64,000 nucleotides of DNA from Eledone cirrhosa (GCA_964016885.1 CAXHJY010000254.1:124001-188000), one strand, 5' to 3'. Shown: positions 15,400 to 28,253, counted from the first letter of the stretch. Translations and numbers: made by a program. The notes: a model not told the origin generated them from the letters alone.

Positions 15400-17721
15400 A
15401 TGGAAAAACACTACCTGGATATGTCACTCAAAAACATACCAATCCAAGGTAGAAAGGAATATTTATTGAGTATGATTAAAAAAACTAATGAATTCATTCG
15501 ACGTGTCAGGTGGAAAACGCTCCACTATGATAGAAGCCGTATGAACTCAACATTAGAAAGTGGTGTAAACAACAAATTCGGTTTTAGGACTTGTAAAAAC
15601 CCACCCACCAACCCACTATTAGATGCATTTGAGCAGGACCTTATGAACTTAATCCTTAAAATTAAATTCAAAGGACGCAACACCAACAGCAAATTACAGA
15701 AAGATATAAAAAAACTACTGGACGACCTTAAAAACACCAAAGGAATTGTAGTAAAAGCGGACAAAACATCAAACCTGTACACTATGGATTGCACTACATA
15801 CAACAACTTCATTCGAAAAGAATTACATAAAAAATATAGAAAAACGAGTGAAGTAACCCTTAAGCACATCAATGATGAGGCATGCGAAATAGTGAAAAAT
15901 CTCGGAATCGAAGATAGGACAGGACCACTCTTACCGGCGGTACCCACCTTCAATCTTAAGGACCACAAGGTAAACTTTGATAATGACCCTAAAATTAGAT
16001 TAATCTGCCCCTCTAAATCAGATATAGGTAAAATAAGCAAATATATCTTAGATAGAATCATCCCCCAAATTAAGGCTAAGGTTAACATTAAACTCTGGGG
16101 GAAGACCCAAGAAGCAATAAGATGGTTTAATAGCATTAGCAATAAGAATAAATCTAAGTTTATCCAGTTTGATATCGATGAATATTACTCATCGATATCA
16201 CCTGAAACTTTGAATAGAGCCATTAAGTTTGCTAAGGATAACTCTGACCTTACAAACGATGAAATTAAGATTATATTAGAAGCTAGGAAAACTATAGTCA
16301 AATTTGAGAACAGTTATTGGGTACGTAAAGATAGACCCTCTAACTTTGACATAACAATGGGCTCTAACGATTCGGCGGAAATAACTGATATTGTGGGGTT
16401 ATTTATCGCCTTTAGACTCCAGGAAAAATTCAGCAATCTCCACGGCGGAATATACCGCGACGATGTTCTCCTCCTAGCTAAAAACCTTAATAACCAAAAA
16501 CTAGAAAAACTACGCAAAGATATAAGAAAACTACTACTCGAAATAGGACTAACTATAACATATGAATACAACCTTAAAGTAGTTAACTTCCTGGATGTCA
16601 CACTCAATTTAAACTCTGGTTTGATTAAACCGTTTCATAAATTGAATGAAAATCTCAAATACATAAATGTTGGGTCTAACCACCCCATCTCTATAATTAA
16701 ATCTATCCCTAAAAATATTTCCCTTAGAATCTCGGGTCTATCTTCTAACATACAAGTATTTAAGGAACACGCCGAGTACTACGATAACGCCCTTAGTAAA
16801 GCAGGCTACCTCAACAAAATAGAGTACATAGATGGGAACAATCAAAACACCCAAAATAAATCCCACATAGGTAGATATAATAACACAACACCAAACCACA
16901 CTTACTACCATAGTATGCACACCAGTAAACCAACAAACAAAACTAATAGAAAGCGATGCAAAGAGTACTTATGGTATAACCCCGAATACAATAGTTCCAT
17001 TAGTACAAATTTACCAGTACTCTTCTTTAAAATAATTAAAAGACATTTTCCCACATCACACAAATACCACAAAATCCTAAACCCTACCACTATAAGACTG
17101 TCATACTCTACAGCGTTAAACCTTGAACAACACATAAAAAAGATCAATACTAGAAGGTTAAACGAAAACACTAAGAACTTAAGTACAAAGAACACAAAAA
17201 AAACAGTAAACAATACACTACAGAACATAAATAAACCACACCTAAGTTCGTCCGCAATACTACTCCAGAGAAAACCCAACGTACACAACTGTAACTGCAC
17301 CTATCCTGACAACTGCCCCCTCGGCAATAACTGCCTGGAAAAAAATATTATTTATAAGTGTACCATTAAATCCGGAGGCAACGAGTGGTATTACGTGGGA
17401 TCAACGGCAACATCGTTTAAATCTCGATTGTATAGGCATTCTTACTCAATAAAACACCAGAGCCAAAGAAATGTAACAACTTTAGCAGAAAAAGCTTGGA
17501 CGGTCAGGGATAGCGATCAAAAGTTTACCCTAAAATGGGAAAAATTAGCTAAAACCCAAAGCTTTTCCAGGAGCCAAAATTTCTGCAAATTGTGTAATCT
17601 TGAGATTTATTACATAATCACACACAAGAAGAAACTGCTGAATAACAGAATTGAACGAACATTATTCTGCCGTCACAGAACTAAAACCCTTTTTTCCCAC
17701 TACAAGCCGAATATTACATAA
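15400..17721 (+). CDS. Penelope-like (Hydra-type) reverse transcriptase-GIY-YIG endonuclease, 773 aa, family B copy 1
   Basis: SLKNIP N-terminus, ADKT, LKDHK, IRLICPSKS. RT motifs QFDIDEYYSSI / FDITMGSNDSAE / GIYRDD / NFLDVT. CNCTYPDNCPLGNNC linker. IIYKC..YYVGST..FKSR endonuclease. Confidence 0.93.
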   Translation: MEKHYLDMSLKNIPIQGRKEYLLSMIKKTNEFIRRVRWKTLHYDRSRMNSTLESGVNNKFGFRTCKNPPTNPLLDAFEQDLMNLILKIKFKGRNTNSKLQKDIKKLLDDLKNTKGIVVKADKTSNLYTMDCTTYNNFIRKELHKKYRKTSEVTLKHINDEACEIVKNLGIEDRTGPLLPAVPTFNLKDHKVNFDNDPKIRLICPSKSDIGKISKYILDRIIPQIKAKVNIKLWGKTQEAIRWFNSISNKNKSKFIQFDIDEYYSSISPETLNRAIKFAKDNSDLTNDEIKIILEARKTIVKFENSYWVRKDRPSNFDITMGSNDSAEITDIVGLFIAFRLQEKFSNLHGGIYRDDVLLLAKNLNNQKLEKLRKDIRKLLLEIGLTITYEYNLKVVNFLDVTLNLNSGLIKPFHKLNENLKYINVGSNHPISIIKSIPKNISLRISGLSSNIQVFKEHAEYYDNALSKAGYLNKIEYIDGNNQNTQNKSHIGRYNNTTPNHTYYHSMHTSKPTNKTNRKRCKEYLWYNPEYNSSISTNLPVLFFKIIKRHFPTSHKYHKILNPTTIRLSYSTALNLEQHIKKINTRRLNENTKNLSTKNTKKTVNNTLQNINKPHLSSSAILLQRKPNVHNCNCTYPDNCPLGNNCLEKNIIYKCTIKSGGNEWYYVGSTATSFKSRLYRHSYSIKHQSQRNVTTLAEKAWTVRDSDQKFTLKWEKLAKTQSFSRSQNFCKLCNLEIYYIITHKKKLLNNRIERTLFCRHRTKTLFSHYKPNIT

Positions 17722-17988
17722 AAGAGGGACATCCCCCAACTATATAAACCTTAATCTAGTTAGAAAAATATAAAAACAATCTCTTCTCAACATATATTAA
17801 TAACCTTAAATTACCACACTAATAATGGAAAGATATGCTGATGAGAATAGGTACAAATATGCGATAATGAATGTGTCTAAAAACGTCCATAAGTATGTAT
17901 ATATATGTAAAAATGTATATAAATAAGTAAATATATATATATGTTTGATGTGTATAGTTAGATGTAAGTGTATTCATGTATTAAAGTG

Positions 17989-18097
<109 letters not shown>

Positions 18098-18653
18098 ATA
18101 TGTGTATATGGATGTGTATGTATGTGTATGTGTGTACACATGGACTAGAGTATGTATGTATATATGTGTGTGTCTATACGTGTGTATATAAAGATAAGTT
18201 GAGTATGAAAATGTATACACATGAGCGCGTATGTATGTACATGAATACATGTGTGTATATATATGTGTATGCATGTGTATATATATGTAAGTATGAATAT
18301 GTGAATTGTGAGTATATGTATTTTGTAGAGGTGTGCAAATATATTTGTTTGTGAATGCGTGGGTGAAAGGATACGTACACTTGAAAGAAAAATTTAAGTC
18401 TGAATGTTAATTAAGTGCAAACACAAAACCAACCACGCATATCTTTACTATCTCTAATCCTTCTATAGATTTAGGAAAATAACCAATAATATATTCTATA
18501 AAAAATGTCAAAACAACAGATGGGAATCTAATTACTCACTGCCACCAAGAATTCTCACTGCTATCGAAAAACCACTCCTTCAACTATTCTTCTAACAACT
18601 TCACCCCTCCCTCCTAATATTCTCTATAAAAACTAAATAGGTCCTCAGTAATA

Positions 18654-18773
18654 TTATTCTGATGAAATGACAGTAAATAATAACATTGAAATATTGAATG
18701 TCTGCATAACTAAAAGTTTGTAGATAGCAGCTGTTTTAGGTTATGTAACTGTTATAGAAACACGTGTCAATAA
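18654..18773 (+). ncRNA. Type I hammerhead with ~91-nt stem II (family B pLTR)
   Basis: TTATT-CTGATGA-[AATGACAGT..GCATAACTAAAA..TTTTAGGTTATGT.ACTGTTATA]-GAAA-CACGTG-TC-AATAA. Confidence 0.75.
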
Positions 18774-18977
18774 ATTCCTTTCAACTAAACTGTATCCATT
18801 CAAATCTTTCTACTTTTCTCCGGATTACTTTTGGAACTACAACTGGAACCGTCGAGCAAACTCTACGTGAGCTGATAATCTACTGTGTGTAATATTTATA
18901 TTACAACACAACGGAAAATACTGTATATTTACCTCCTGTAAAGTCGAGCAACCCACACAGCAAACGCAACCACAACA

Positions 18978-21299
18978 ATGGAAAAACACTACCTGGATAT
19001 GTCACTCAAAAACATACCAATCCAAGGTAGAAAGGAATATTTATTGAGTATGATTAAAAAAACTAATGAATTCATTCGACGTGTCAGGTGGAAAACGCTC
19101 CACTATGATAGAAGCCGTATGAACTCAACATTAGAAAGTGGTGTAAACAACAAATTCGGTTTTAGGACTTGTAAAAACCCACCCACCAACCCACTATTAG
19201 ATGCATTTGAGCAGGACCTTATGAACTTAATCCTTAAAATTAAATTCAAAGGACGCAACACCAACAGCAAATTACAGAAAGATATAAAAAAACTACTGGA
19301 CGACCTTAAAAACACCAAAGGAATTGTAGTAAAAGCGGACAAAACATCAAACCTGTACACTATGGATTGCACTACATACAACAACTTCATTCGAAAAGAA
19401 TTACATAAAAAATATAGAAAAACGAGTGAAGTAACCCTTAAGCACATCAATGATGAGGCATGCGAAATAGTGAAAAATCTCGGAATCGAAGATAGGACAG
19501 GACCACTCTTACCGGCGGTACCCACCTTCAATCTTAAGGACCACAAGGTAAACTTTGATAATGACCCTAAAATTAGATTAATCTGCCCCTCTAAATCAGA
19601 TATAGGTAAAATAAGCAAATATATCTTAGATAGAATCATCCCCCAAATTAAGGCTAAGGTTAACATTAAACTCTGGGGGAAGACCCAAGAAGCAATAAGA
19701 TGGTTTAATAGCATTAGCAATAAGAATAAATCTAAGTTTATCCAGTTTGATATCGATGAATATTACTCATCGATATCACCTGAAACTTTGAATAGAGCCA
19801 TTAAGTTTGCTAAGGATAACTCTGACCTTACAAACGATGAAATTAAGATTATATTAGAAGCTAGGAAAACTATAGTCAAATTTGAGAACAGTTATTGGGT
19901 ACGTAAAGATAGACCCTCTAACTTTGACATAACAATGGGCTCTAACGATTCGGCGGAAATAACTGATATTGTGGGGTTATTTATCGCCTTTAGACTCCAG
20001 GAAAAATTCAGCAATCTCCACGGCGGAATATACCGCGACGATGTTCTCCTCCTAGCTAAAAACCTTAATAACCAAAAACTAGAAAAACTACGCAAAGATA
20101 TAAGAAAACTACTACTCGAAATAGGACTAACTATAACATATGAATACAACCTTAAAGTAGTTAACTTCCTGGATGTCACACTCAATTTAAACTCTGGTTT
20201 GATTAAACCGTTTCATAAATTGAATGAAAATCTCAAATACATAAATGTTGGGTCTAACCACCCCATCTCTATAATTAAATCTATCCCTAAAAATATTTCC
20301 CTTAGAATCTCGGGTCTATCTTCTAACATACAAGTATTTAAGGAACACGCCGAGTACTACGATAACGCCCTTAGTAAAGCAGGCTACCTCAACAAAATAG
20401 AGTACATAGATGGGAACAATCAAAACACCCAAAATAAATCCCACATAGGTAGATATAATAACACAACACCAAACCACACTTACTACCATAGTATGCACAC
20501 CAGTAAACCAACAAACAAAACTAATAGAAAGCGATGCAAAGAGTACTTATGGTATAACCCCGAATACAATAGTTCCATTAGTACAAATTTACCAGTACTC
20601 TTCTTTAAAATAATTAAAAGACATTTTCCCACATCACACAAATACCACAAAATCCTAAACCCTACCACTATAAGACTGTCATACTCTACAGCGTTAAACC
20701 TTGAACAACACATAAAAAAGATCAATACTAGAAGGTTAAACGAAAACACTAAGAACTTAAGTACAAAGAACACAAAAAAAACAGTAAACAATACACTACA
20801 GAACATAAATAAACCACACCTAAGTTCGTCCGCAATACTACTCCAGAGAAAACCCAACGTACACAACTGTAACTGCACCTATCCTGACAACTGCCCCCTC
20901 GGCAATAACTGCCTGGAAAAAAATATTATTTATAAGTGTACCATTAAATCCGGAGGCAACGAGTGGTATTACGTGGGATCAACGGCAACATCGTTTAAAT
21001 CTCGATTGTATAGGCATTCTTACTCAATAAAACACCAGAGCCAAAGAAATGTAACAACTTTAGCAGAAAAAGCTTGGACGGTCAGGGATAGCGATCAAAA
21101 GTTTACCCTAAAATGGGAAAAATTAGCTAAAACCCAAAGCTTTTCCAGGAGCCAAAATTTCTGCAAATTGTGTAATCTTGAGATTTATTACATAATCACA
21201 CACAAGAAGAAACTGCTGAATAACAGAATTGAACGAACATTATTCTGCCGTCACAGAACTAAAACCCTTTTTTCCCACTACAAGCCGAATATTACATAA
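18978..21299 (+). CDS. PLE RT-GIY-YIG, family B copy 2
   Basis: Translation identical to 15400-17721. Confidence 0.93.
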   Translation: MEKHYLDMSLKNIPIQGRKEYLLSMIKKTNEFIRRVRWKTLHYDRSRMNSTLESGVNNKFGFRTCKNPPTNPLLDAFEQDLMNLILKIKFKGRNTNSKLQKDIKKLLDDLKNTKGIVVKADKTSNLYTMDCTTYNNFIRKELHKKYRKTSEVTLKHINDEACEIVKNLGIEDRTGPLLPAVPTFNLKDHKVNFDNDPKIRLICPSKSDIGKISKYILDRIIPQIKAKVNIKLWGKTQEAIRWFNSISNKNKSKFIQFDIDEYYSSISPETLNRAIKFAKDNSDLTNDEIKIILEARKTIVKFENSYWVRKDRPSNFDITMGSNDSAEITDIVGLFIAFRLQEKFSNLHGGIYRDDVLLLAKNLNNQKLEKLRKDIRKLLLEIGLTITYEYNLKVVNFLDVTLNLNSGLIKPFHKLNENLKYINVGSNHPISIIKSIPKNISLRISGLSSNIQVFKEHAEYYDNALSKAGYLNKIEYIDGNNQNTQNKSHIGRYNNTTPNHTYYHSMHTSKPTNKTNRKRCKEYLWYNPEYNSSISTNLPVLFFKIIKRHFPTSHKYHKILNPTTIRLSYSTALNLEQHIKKINTRRLNENTKNLSTKNTKKTVNNTLQNINKPHLSSSAILLQRKPNVHNCNCTYPDNCPLGNNCLEKNIIYKCTIKSGGNEWYYVGSTATSFKSRLYRHSYSIKHQSQRNVTTLAEKAWTVRDSDQKFTLKWEKLAKTQSFSRSQNFCKLCNLEIYYIITHKKKLLNNRIERTLFCRHRTKTLFSHYKPNIT

Positions 21300-21566
21300 A
21301 AGAGGGACATCCCCCAACTATATAAACCTTAATCTAGTTAGAAAAATATAAAAACAATCTCTTCTCAACATATATTAATAACCTTAAATTACCACACTAA
21401 TAATGGAAAGATATGCTGATGAGAATAGGTACAAATATGCGATAATGAATGTGTCTAAAAACGTCCATAAGTATGTATATATATGTAAAAATGTATATAA
21501 ATAAGTAAATATATATATATGTTTGATGTGTATAGTTAGATGTAAGTGTATTCATGTATTAAAGTG

Positions 21567-21657
<91 letters not shown>

Positions 21658-22213
21658 ATATGTGTATATGGATGTGTATGTATGTGTATGTGTGTACACA
21701 TGGACTAGAGTATGTATGTATATATGTGTGTGTCTATACGTGTGTATATAAAGATAAGTTGAGTATGAAAATGTATACACATGAGCGCGTATGTATGTAC
21801 ATGAATACATGTGTGTATATATATGTGTATGCATGTGTATATATATGTAAGTATGAATATGTGAATTGTGAGTATATGTATTTTGTAGAGGTGTGCAAAT
21901 ATATTTGTTTGTGAATGCGTGGGTGAAAGGATACGTACACTTGAAAGAAAAATTTAAGTCTGAATGTTAATTAAGTGCAAACACAAAACCAACCACGCAT
22001 ATCTTTACTATCTCTAATCCTTCTATAGATTTAGAAAAATAACCAATAATATATTCTATAAAAAATGTCAAAACAACAGATGGGAATCTAATTACTCACT
22101 GCCACCAAGAATTCTCACTGCTATCGAAAAACCACTCCTTCAACTATTCTTCTAACAACTTCACCCCTCCCTCCTAATATTCTCTATAAAAACTAAATAG
22201 GTCCTCAGTAATA

Positions 22214-22333
22214 TTATTCTGATGAAATGACAGTAAATAATAACATTGAAATATTGAATGTCTGCATAACTAAAAGTTTGTAGATAGCAGCTGTTTTAGG
22301 TTATGTAACTGTTATAGAAACACGTATCAATAA
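22214..22333 (+). ncRNA. Family B hammerhead, copy with G>A at 22326 in stem III / cleavage triplet
   Basis: GAAACACGTATC here versus GAAACACGTGTC in the upstream copy. Confidence 0.65.
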
Positions 22334-22367
22334 ATTCCTTTCAACTAAACTGTATCCATTCAAACCT

Positions 22368-22982
<615 letters not shown>

Positions 22983-23855
22983 CTAGCATTAAAGCCCGGC
23001 GTTGCTCGGAGTCATTAAGTTACCAAAGTTAGGTTGCACCACCCATTTTATGGCAGCACTTTTTTGTCTGCCAGGCACTGGGTGATGAATTGCAGACCTG
23101 GAAGCATGAGCTGCGCCAGCAGTGACAATTGTAGTTTCGCCTATGGATATTATCTCTGTGCAAAAAAGTGTTGAAAGTTATTGTTTCACAGTACTTGCGC
23201 AACACGCATGTAGACGATGCCAGCCGAACAACAGAGCTGTGATGGAGTTGTTCTGCATGGTTGTCTGTGTGTTTTCTAAATTTAAGACAGTAGGGAGGGT
23301 TGTGATATGAGGGAGAGTTAGCTGTTGTTTCTAGCAGGTTTAGTGACCTCATAGAGGATATATGTTTTCTAAATTTAAGACAGTAGGGAGTGGTGTGATA
23401 TGGGGGAGAGTTAGCTGCTGTTTCTAGCAGGTTTAGTGACCTCATAGAAGATATGTTTTCTAAATTTAAGACAGTAGGGAGGGGTGTGATATGGGGGAGA
23501 GTTAGCTGCTGTTTCTAGCAGGTTTAATAACCTCATAGAGGATATGTGTTTTCTAAATTTAAGACAGTTGGGAGTGTGAACGGACAGTATCACCATCAAG
23601 CTTGGAAAGAGAAAGTAGCAGGAAGTATGAAGTTGTATAGATTTTGAATGGTAGTAAAAAGAGTTCAGCAGTTTAAATGAGAGAGTCAAATCGTAAAATA
23701 TTGAGTTTTATCTATTTTTTGCGTAATTGTGGGTGAAATTGAAAAAATTATCGAAACTATTTCGAATACTGAATTGTAAATTTCAATTGCAGAAATTCTA
23801 TATCGTAGATTTCTATAACGAAGGAGCATGACCACACACTGAGCTTTATAGATTA

Positions 23856-23858
<3 letters not shown>
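22983..23858 (-). mobile_element. Non-autonomous Helitron
   Basis: Minus strand starts A|TCATAATCTATAAAG and ends with the GC-rich hairpin CCGAGCAACGCCGG followed by CTAG|T. Inserted between A and T with no TSD; contains an internal minisatellite. Confidence 0.72.
23271..23575. repeat. ~92-bp minisatellite, about 3.3 units, inside the Helitron
   Basis: GTTTTCTAAATTTAAGACAGT recurs at ~23271, 23364, 23455 and 23548. Confidence 0.9.
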
Positions 23859-23906
<48 letters not shown>

Positions 23907-23933
23907 CATATATATATACATATATATATATAC

Positions 23934-23986
<53 letters not shown>

Positions 23987-24065
23987 CATATATATACATA
24001 TATATACATATATATATACATATATATATATACATATATATATACATATATATATATACATATAT

Positions 24066-27000
24066 AAGGCCGCTCAAACAAGGTTGTAGAAATGCTAGAA
24101 CGTAAGGAGGTTGATGGCTGCTGCATCCAAGAGACCAGGTGGAGGGGCGGTTCTGCTAGATTCATTGTGGGTAAAAAACGATGCTATAAGCTTTTCTGGG
24201 TGGGAAATGACAATGGGCTGGGTGGGGTAGGAATCATGTTAGCAGAAAAATGGGTGGATAAGATAATAGACGTAAATAGAGTAAACGACAGAATAATTAA
24301 AATAAGACTTCTTCTAAATAGAACTACTGTGACGATAATATCTGCGTACGCGCCCCAATCCGGACTGCCTGGTGCTATAAAAGACACTTTCTATGAGACA
24401 CTGATGCTCACTACATCCCAAATAACCGACACTGACTATATAATTATTGCTGGCGACCTAAATGGTCACGTTGGACAACATTGTGACGGCTATGATGAAA
24501 TCCATGGAGGCTATGGGTTTGGTACTAGAAATGAGGAAGGCTCCAGAATCCTGGAATTCTGTGACGCAAATAACCTAACAATCTGTAACACTAACTTCAA
24601 AAAACGAGACAATCACTTGATCACCTACAGATCAGGGGAACATACCAGCCAGGTAGATTATATCCTTACCAGAAGACGTGACAGAGTGACTGTTGTAAAC
24701 ACTAAATCCCTCCCCCATGAAGAATGCACCTCCCAACATAGACTGATAATTAGCGACCTCATAGTCAGGACGAGACGTACTCGACAGCAGAAGAGGACTA
24801 TCCTCAGGAGAAAAATATGGAAGCTAAAGGACCCCACAGCCAGAAATAAATTTCAAAGCATATTACTTGATGCTTTCGACAGTAAGGAAGAGCATTTAGA
24901 GTCGGATATTATAGAGGGACAGTGGGAATTCCTGAAAGCAAACCTGCTGATGGCGGCAGACGAAGTCTGTGGCCGGAGCAGGCCTATAGGCAGGAGGAGA
25001 GTAACATGGTGGTGGAAAAGTAAGGTGGAGGAGTCGATTAAGGCCAAAATGCAGGCTTGGAAAGTATGGCGGGATGGGGGAAGTAGAGAAGACTATCAAG
25101 TGGCCAGGAGGGAAGCTAGGAGACAAGTGCACTTCGCAAGAAGGGAAGCAGAGGAAAGAAAGTTCAAGCATGTTCTACAACGCGAGGACCAAAAACGTGA
25201 GGTGTTCAGGATTGCCAGGTAATGTGTCAAGGAAAACCGTGATATTGTCGGGAAGAAGTGTGTCCGTAATGATGATGGCGTACTTGCCATCACTGACGCG
25301 GATAAGAAGGTAGCTTGGAAGTGTCACTACGAAAGGCTACTAAATGAGGAGAATAAATGGGAGAACGACAGTCTCCCCCACATCGACCCAATAGAGGGAC
25401 CAGCAGTGCAAGTTGAAGGTAGTATAACAAGTAAGGCGATCAAAGACATGAAGACGGGCAAGGCGGCCGGGCCTTCGCAAATAGTTGCCGAAATGCTGAA
25501 AGCATCTGGAACGGTGGGACACAATATGGTCACCCGGATAGTAAACCAAGTCATACAGAATGGGGTCGTTCTGAAGGACTGGCGCAGCAGCATCATCATT
25601 AACTGCTACAAGGGTAAAGGTGATGCCCTAGATAGGGGAAACTATAGAGGCATTAAATTAATTGACCAGGTCATGAAGGTCACAGAAAAAGTAATAGCGC
25701 AACTAATCAGAGAGAGAATTGATCTAGACGAAATGCAGTTCGGGTTCGTGTCAGGTAAAAGTACAACAGACGCTCTTTTCATTGTGCGACAACTACAGGA
25801 GAAGTACCTAGCTAAAAGTAAACCCCTATACTTAGCTTTTGTTGACTTGGAGAAAGCCTTTGACAGAGTACCCCGCTCGATTATCTGGTGGGCCCTTAGA
25901 AAACTAGTTGGTGATGAATGGCTTGTGAGAGCTATACAAGCCATGTATAAAGAAACAGTCAGCAAGGTTAGAATTAACAACGAATATAGTGAAGAGTTTA
26001 GCGTAAAAGTTGGTGTTCATCAGGGTTCCGTCCTTAGCCCACTACTATTTATTATTGCCCTTCAGGCTATAACAGAGGAGTTCAAGACCGGCTGCCCATG
26101 GGAACTCCTATATGCAGATGATCTAACGCTCATAGCTGAATCAATGGCTGAACTAGAGAAGAAATTCCAAACATGGAAGCATGGCCTAGAATCAAATGGC
26201 CTTAAAGTTAACTTGTCTAAGACTAAAGTTCTAGTTTGTAGGAAGGAAAATAGGGCACCGGTCCCATCTGGGAAATGGCCGTGTTCAGTGTGTAGGAAAG
26301 GAGTAGGTAGAAACTCCATTTTATGTCCCAAATGCAAAGTATGGGTACATAAAAGATATAGTGGGATCACAGGTAAGCTAACTAAGAATATAGATTTTAT
26401 ATGTGGTCGGTGCTCTGGTGCAATAAGTAGCAGCAAGTGCCCACAGAATACTAACTCATTCCATTGCACAGATGGTTCTATAGAAATAGTGGACAGCTTC
26501 CGTTACTTGGGTGATATAATCAGCAGTGGGGGAGGGTGCTCTGAAAGTACAGTAGCTAGAATCATAACGGGATGGAAAAAGTTCAGAGAGCTTATACCAC
26601 TATTGGCCGCTAAAGGGTTCTCGCTAAAAATGAAAGGCAGGCTGTATGATGCCTGCATACGAACAGCAATGTTACATGGCAGTGAGACCTGGGCATTGTG
26701 TGCAGAGGATATACGTAGACTGGAGAGAAACGAAGCTTGCATGCTCCGCTGGATGTGTAATAGTAATATACGTGAACGGCAAAGCATAAACGAACGAAGG
26801 GAGAAATTAGAAATAAGAGGGATCAGATGTTGTTTACTCGAGAGAAGGCTACGTTGGTACGGTCACGTGATGCGCATGAAAGACGACAGCTGTATAAAAA
26901 AGTGCAGGGCAATAAAATTAGACGGTAGCCACGGAGTAGGCAGACCCCCAAAAACCTGGGACGACTTGATAAATTCCGACCTCACACACTTACACCTCTC

Positions 27001-27460
27001 CAGGACAAGTCACTGGACCGAGATCTTTGGCGCTACACAGTAATAGAGAAGACCCGCCTTACTTAAGTGCAAAGTGAAACCTACTACAGTCAGTAGGCAC
27101 CTCTAACAAAATACACCCCCGTCCCACTACCCCCACCCCATCCACACCACCCCTTTCAATGTAAAGTTATGTTGGTACCACAACATCCAGCCCGAAACAA
27201 ATGAGGTCGTGTAGGTGTCACGACAAAAAAACACACGGTCCACACTGTAATGTGGCCGTGTAGGTAACACAGTAAAAACCTCCCAGTCCACACTGTAAAT
27301 GTGGTTGGTGTTAGGAAGGGCATCCAGCCGTAGAAAACCCGCCAGACAGTCCTATAAGAGCAAGACAACCACTCTTGCCTCAAGTGGGAAAACTCCCGTC
27401 CAAACCCATGCAAGCGTGGAACATGGACGTTAAGCGAAGATGATGAGGATGAGATGATGA
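24066..27460 (+). mobile_element. RTE-clade LINE, slightly 5'-truncated, with (GAT)n tail
   Basis: APE endonuclease plus RT in one frame. The 3' UTR ends CATGGACGTTAAGCGAAGATGATGAGGATGAGATGATGA. Confidence 0.88.
24092..27043 (+). pseudogene. RTE ORF (APE endonuclease + RT + Cys-rich insert) with a premature TAA at 25220 and a probable frameshift near the end
   Basis: CIQETRW, SAYAPQ, AGDLNGH, QVDYIL, SQHRL (APE). FVDLEKAFD, GVHQGSVLSPLLF, LLYADD (RT). The two track ORFs share one frame. Confidence 0.92.
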
Positions 27461-27543
27461 TATATATACTTATACATACATATATATATATATGTATATA
27501 TACATATATATATATATACACATACATGTATATATATATACAT

Positions 27544-27891
27544 ATCATCATCATTCATCATCATTTCATTTTACGTCCGCTTTTCCCTGCTTGCAAGGGT
27601 GGGACGGGAACTGATTCTGGCTTGATTTCTACAGCTGGATGCCCTTCCTAACACCAACCTCATTTACAGTGAATGCTGGGTGCTTTTTTGCCGTGGCACC
27701 TCCACGACTACTTTGTAGTGGAATGATAGGGACCCAAGTCCCTATCATCTCATTTCTACAGCTGAGTAAACTGGAGCAATGTGAAATAAAGTGTCTTGCT
27801 CAAGGAAACAACACATCACCCGGTCTGAGAATTGAACTCACAACATTTCGATTGCAAGGCCAATGCTCTAACCACTAAGCCATGTGCCTCC
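27544..27891 (-). mobile_element. tRNA-derived SINE with RTE-like 3' tail
   Basis: Minus strand A box TGGCTTAGTGG and B box GAGTTCAATTC. The tail shares GTTGGTGTTAGGAAGGGCATCCAGC with the LINE UTR and ends in (GAT)n. Confidence 0.85.
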
Positions 27892-27927
27892 ATATATATA
27901 TGTATATGTATATACATATATATATAT

Positions 27928-28253
27928 GGAGGCACATGGCTTAGTGGTTAGAGCATTGGCCTTGCAATCGAAAGGTTGTGAGTTCAATTCTCAGACTGGG
28001 TGATGTGTTGTTTCCTTGAACAAGACACTTTATTTCACATTGCTCCAGTTTACTCAGCTGTAGAAATGAGATGATAGGGACTGGTGTCCATATCATTCCA
28101 CTGCAAAGTGGTCGTGCAGGTGCCACGCAAAAAAGCACCCAGCACTCACTGTAAATGAGGTTGGTGTTAGTAAGGGCATCCAGCTGTAGATGTTAAGCCA
28201 GAACCAGTTCCCGTCCCACCCTTGCAAGCAGGGAAAAAGCAGACGTAAAATGA
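27928..28253 (+). mobile_element. tRNA-derived SINE, same family, head-to-head with the previous copy
   Basis: GGAGGCACATGGCTTAGTGGTTAGAGC..GAGTTCAATTCTC..CAGACGTAAAATGA. Slightly diverged reverse complement of 27567-27891. Confidence 0.85.

Noticed and set aside
17830-17900. CTGATGAG just after the family B ORF as a hammerhead
   Set aside because: No suitably placed GAAA, stem III or stem I partner.
23271-23575. CRISPR-like array
   Set aside because: Whole units repeat with no unique spacers; eukaryotic minisatellite in a Helitron.
25220-25222. Programmed readthrough or a two-ORF LINE
   Set aside because: A single in-frame TAA in an otherwise continuous RTE ORF is most simply a nonsense mutation.
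27928-28000. tRNA gene
   Set aside because: A and B boxes are present but it continues into a SINE body and LINE-like tail.
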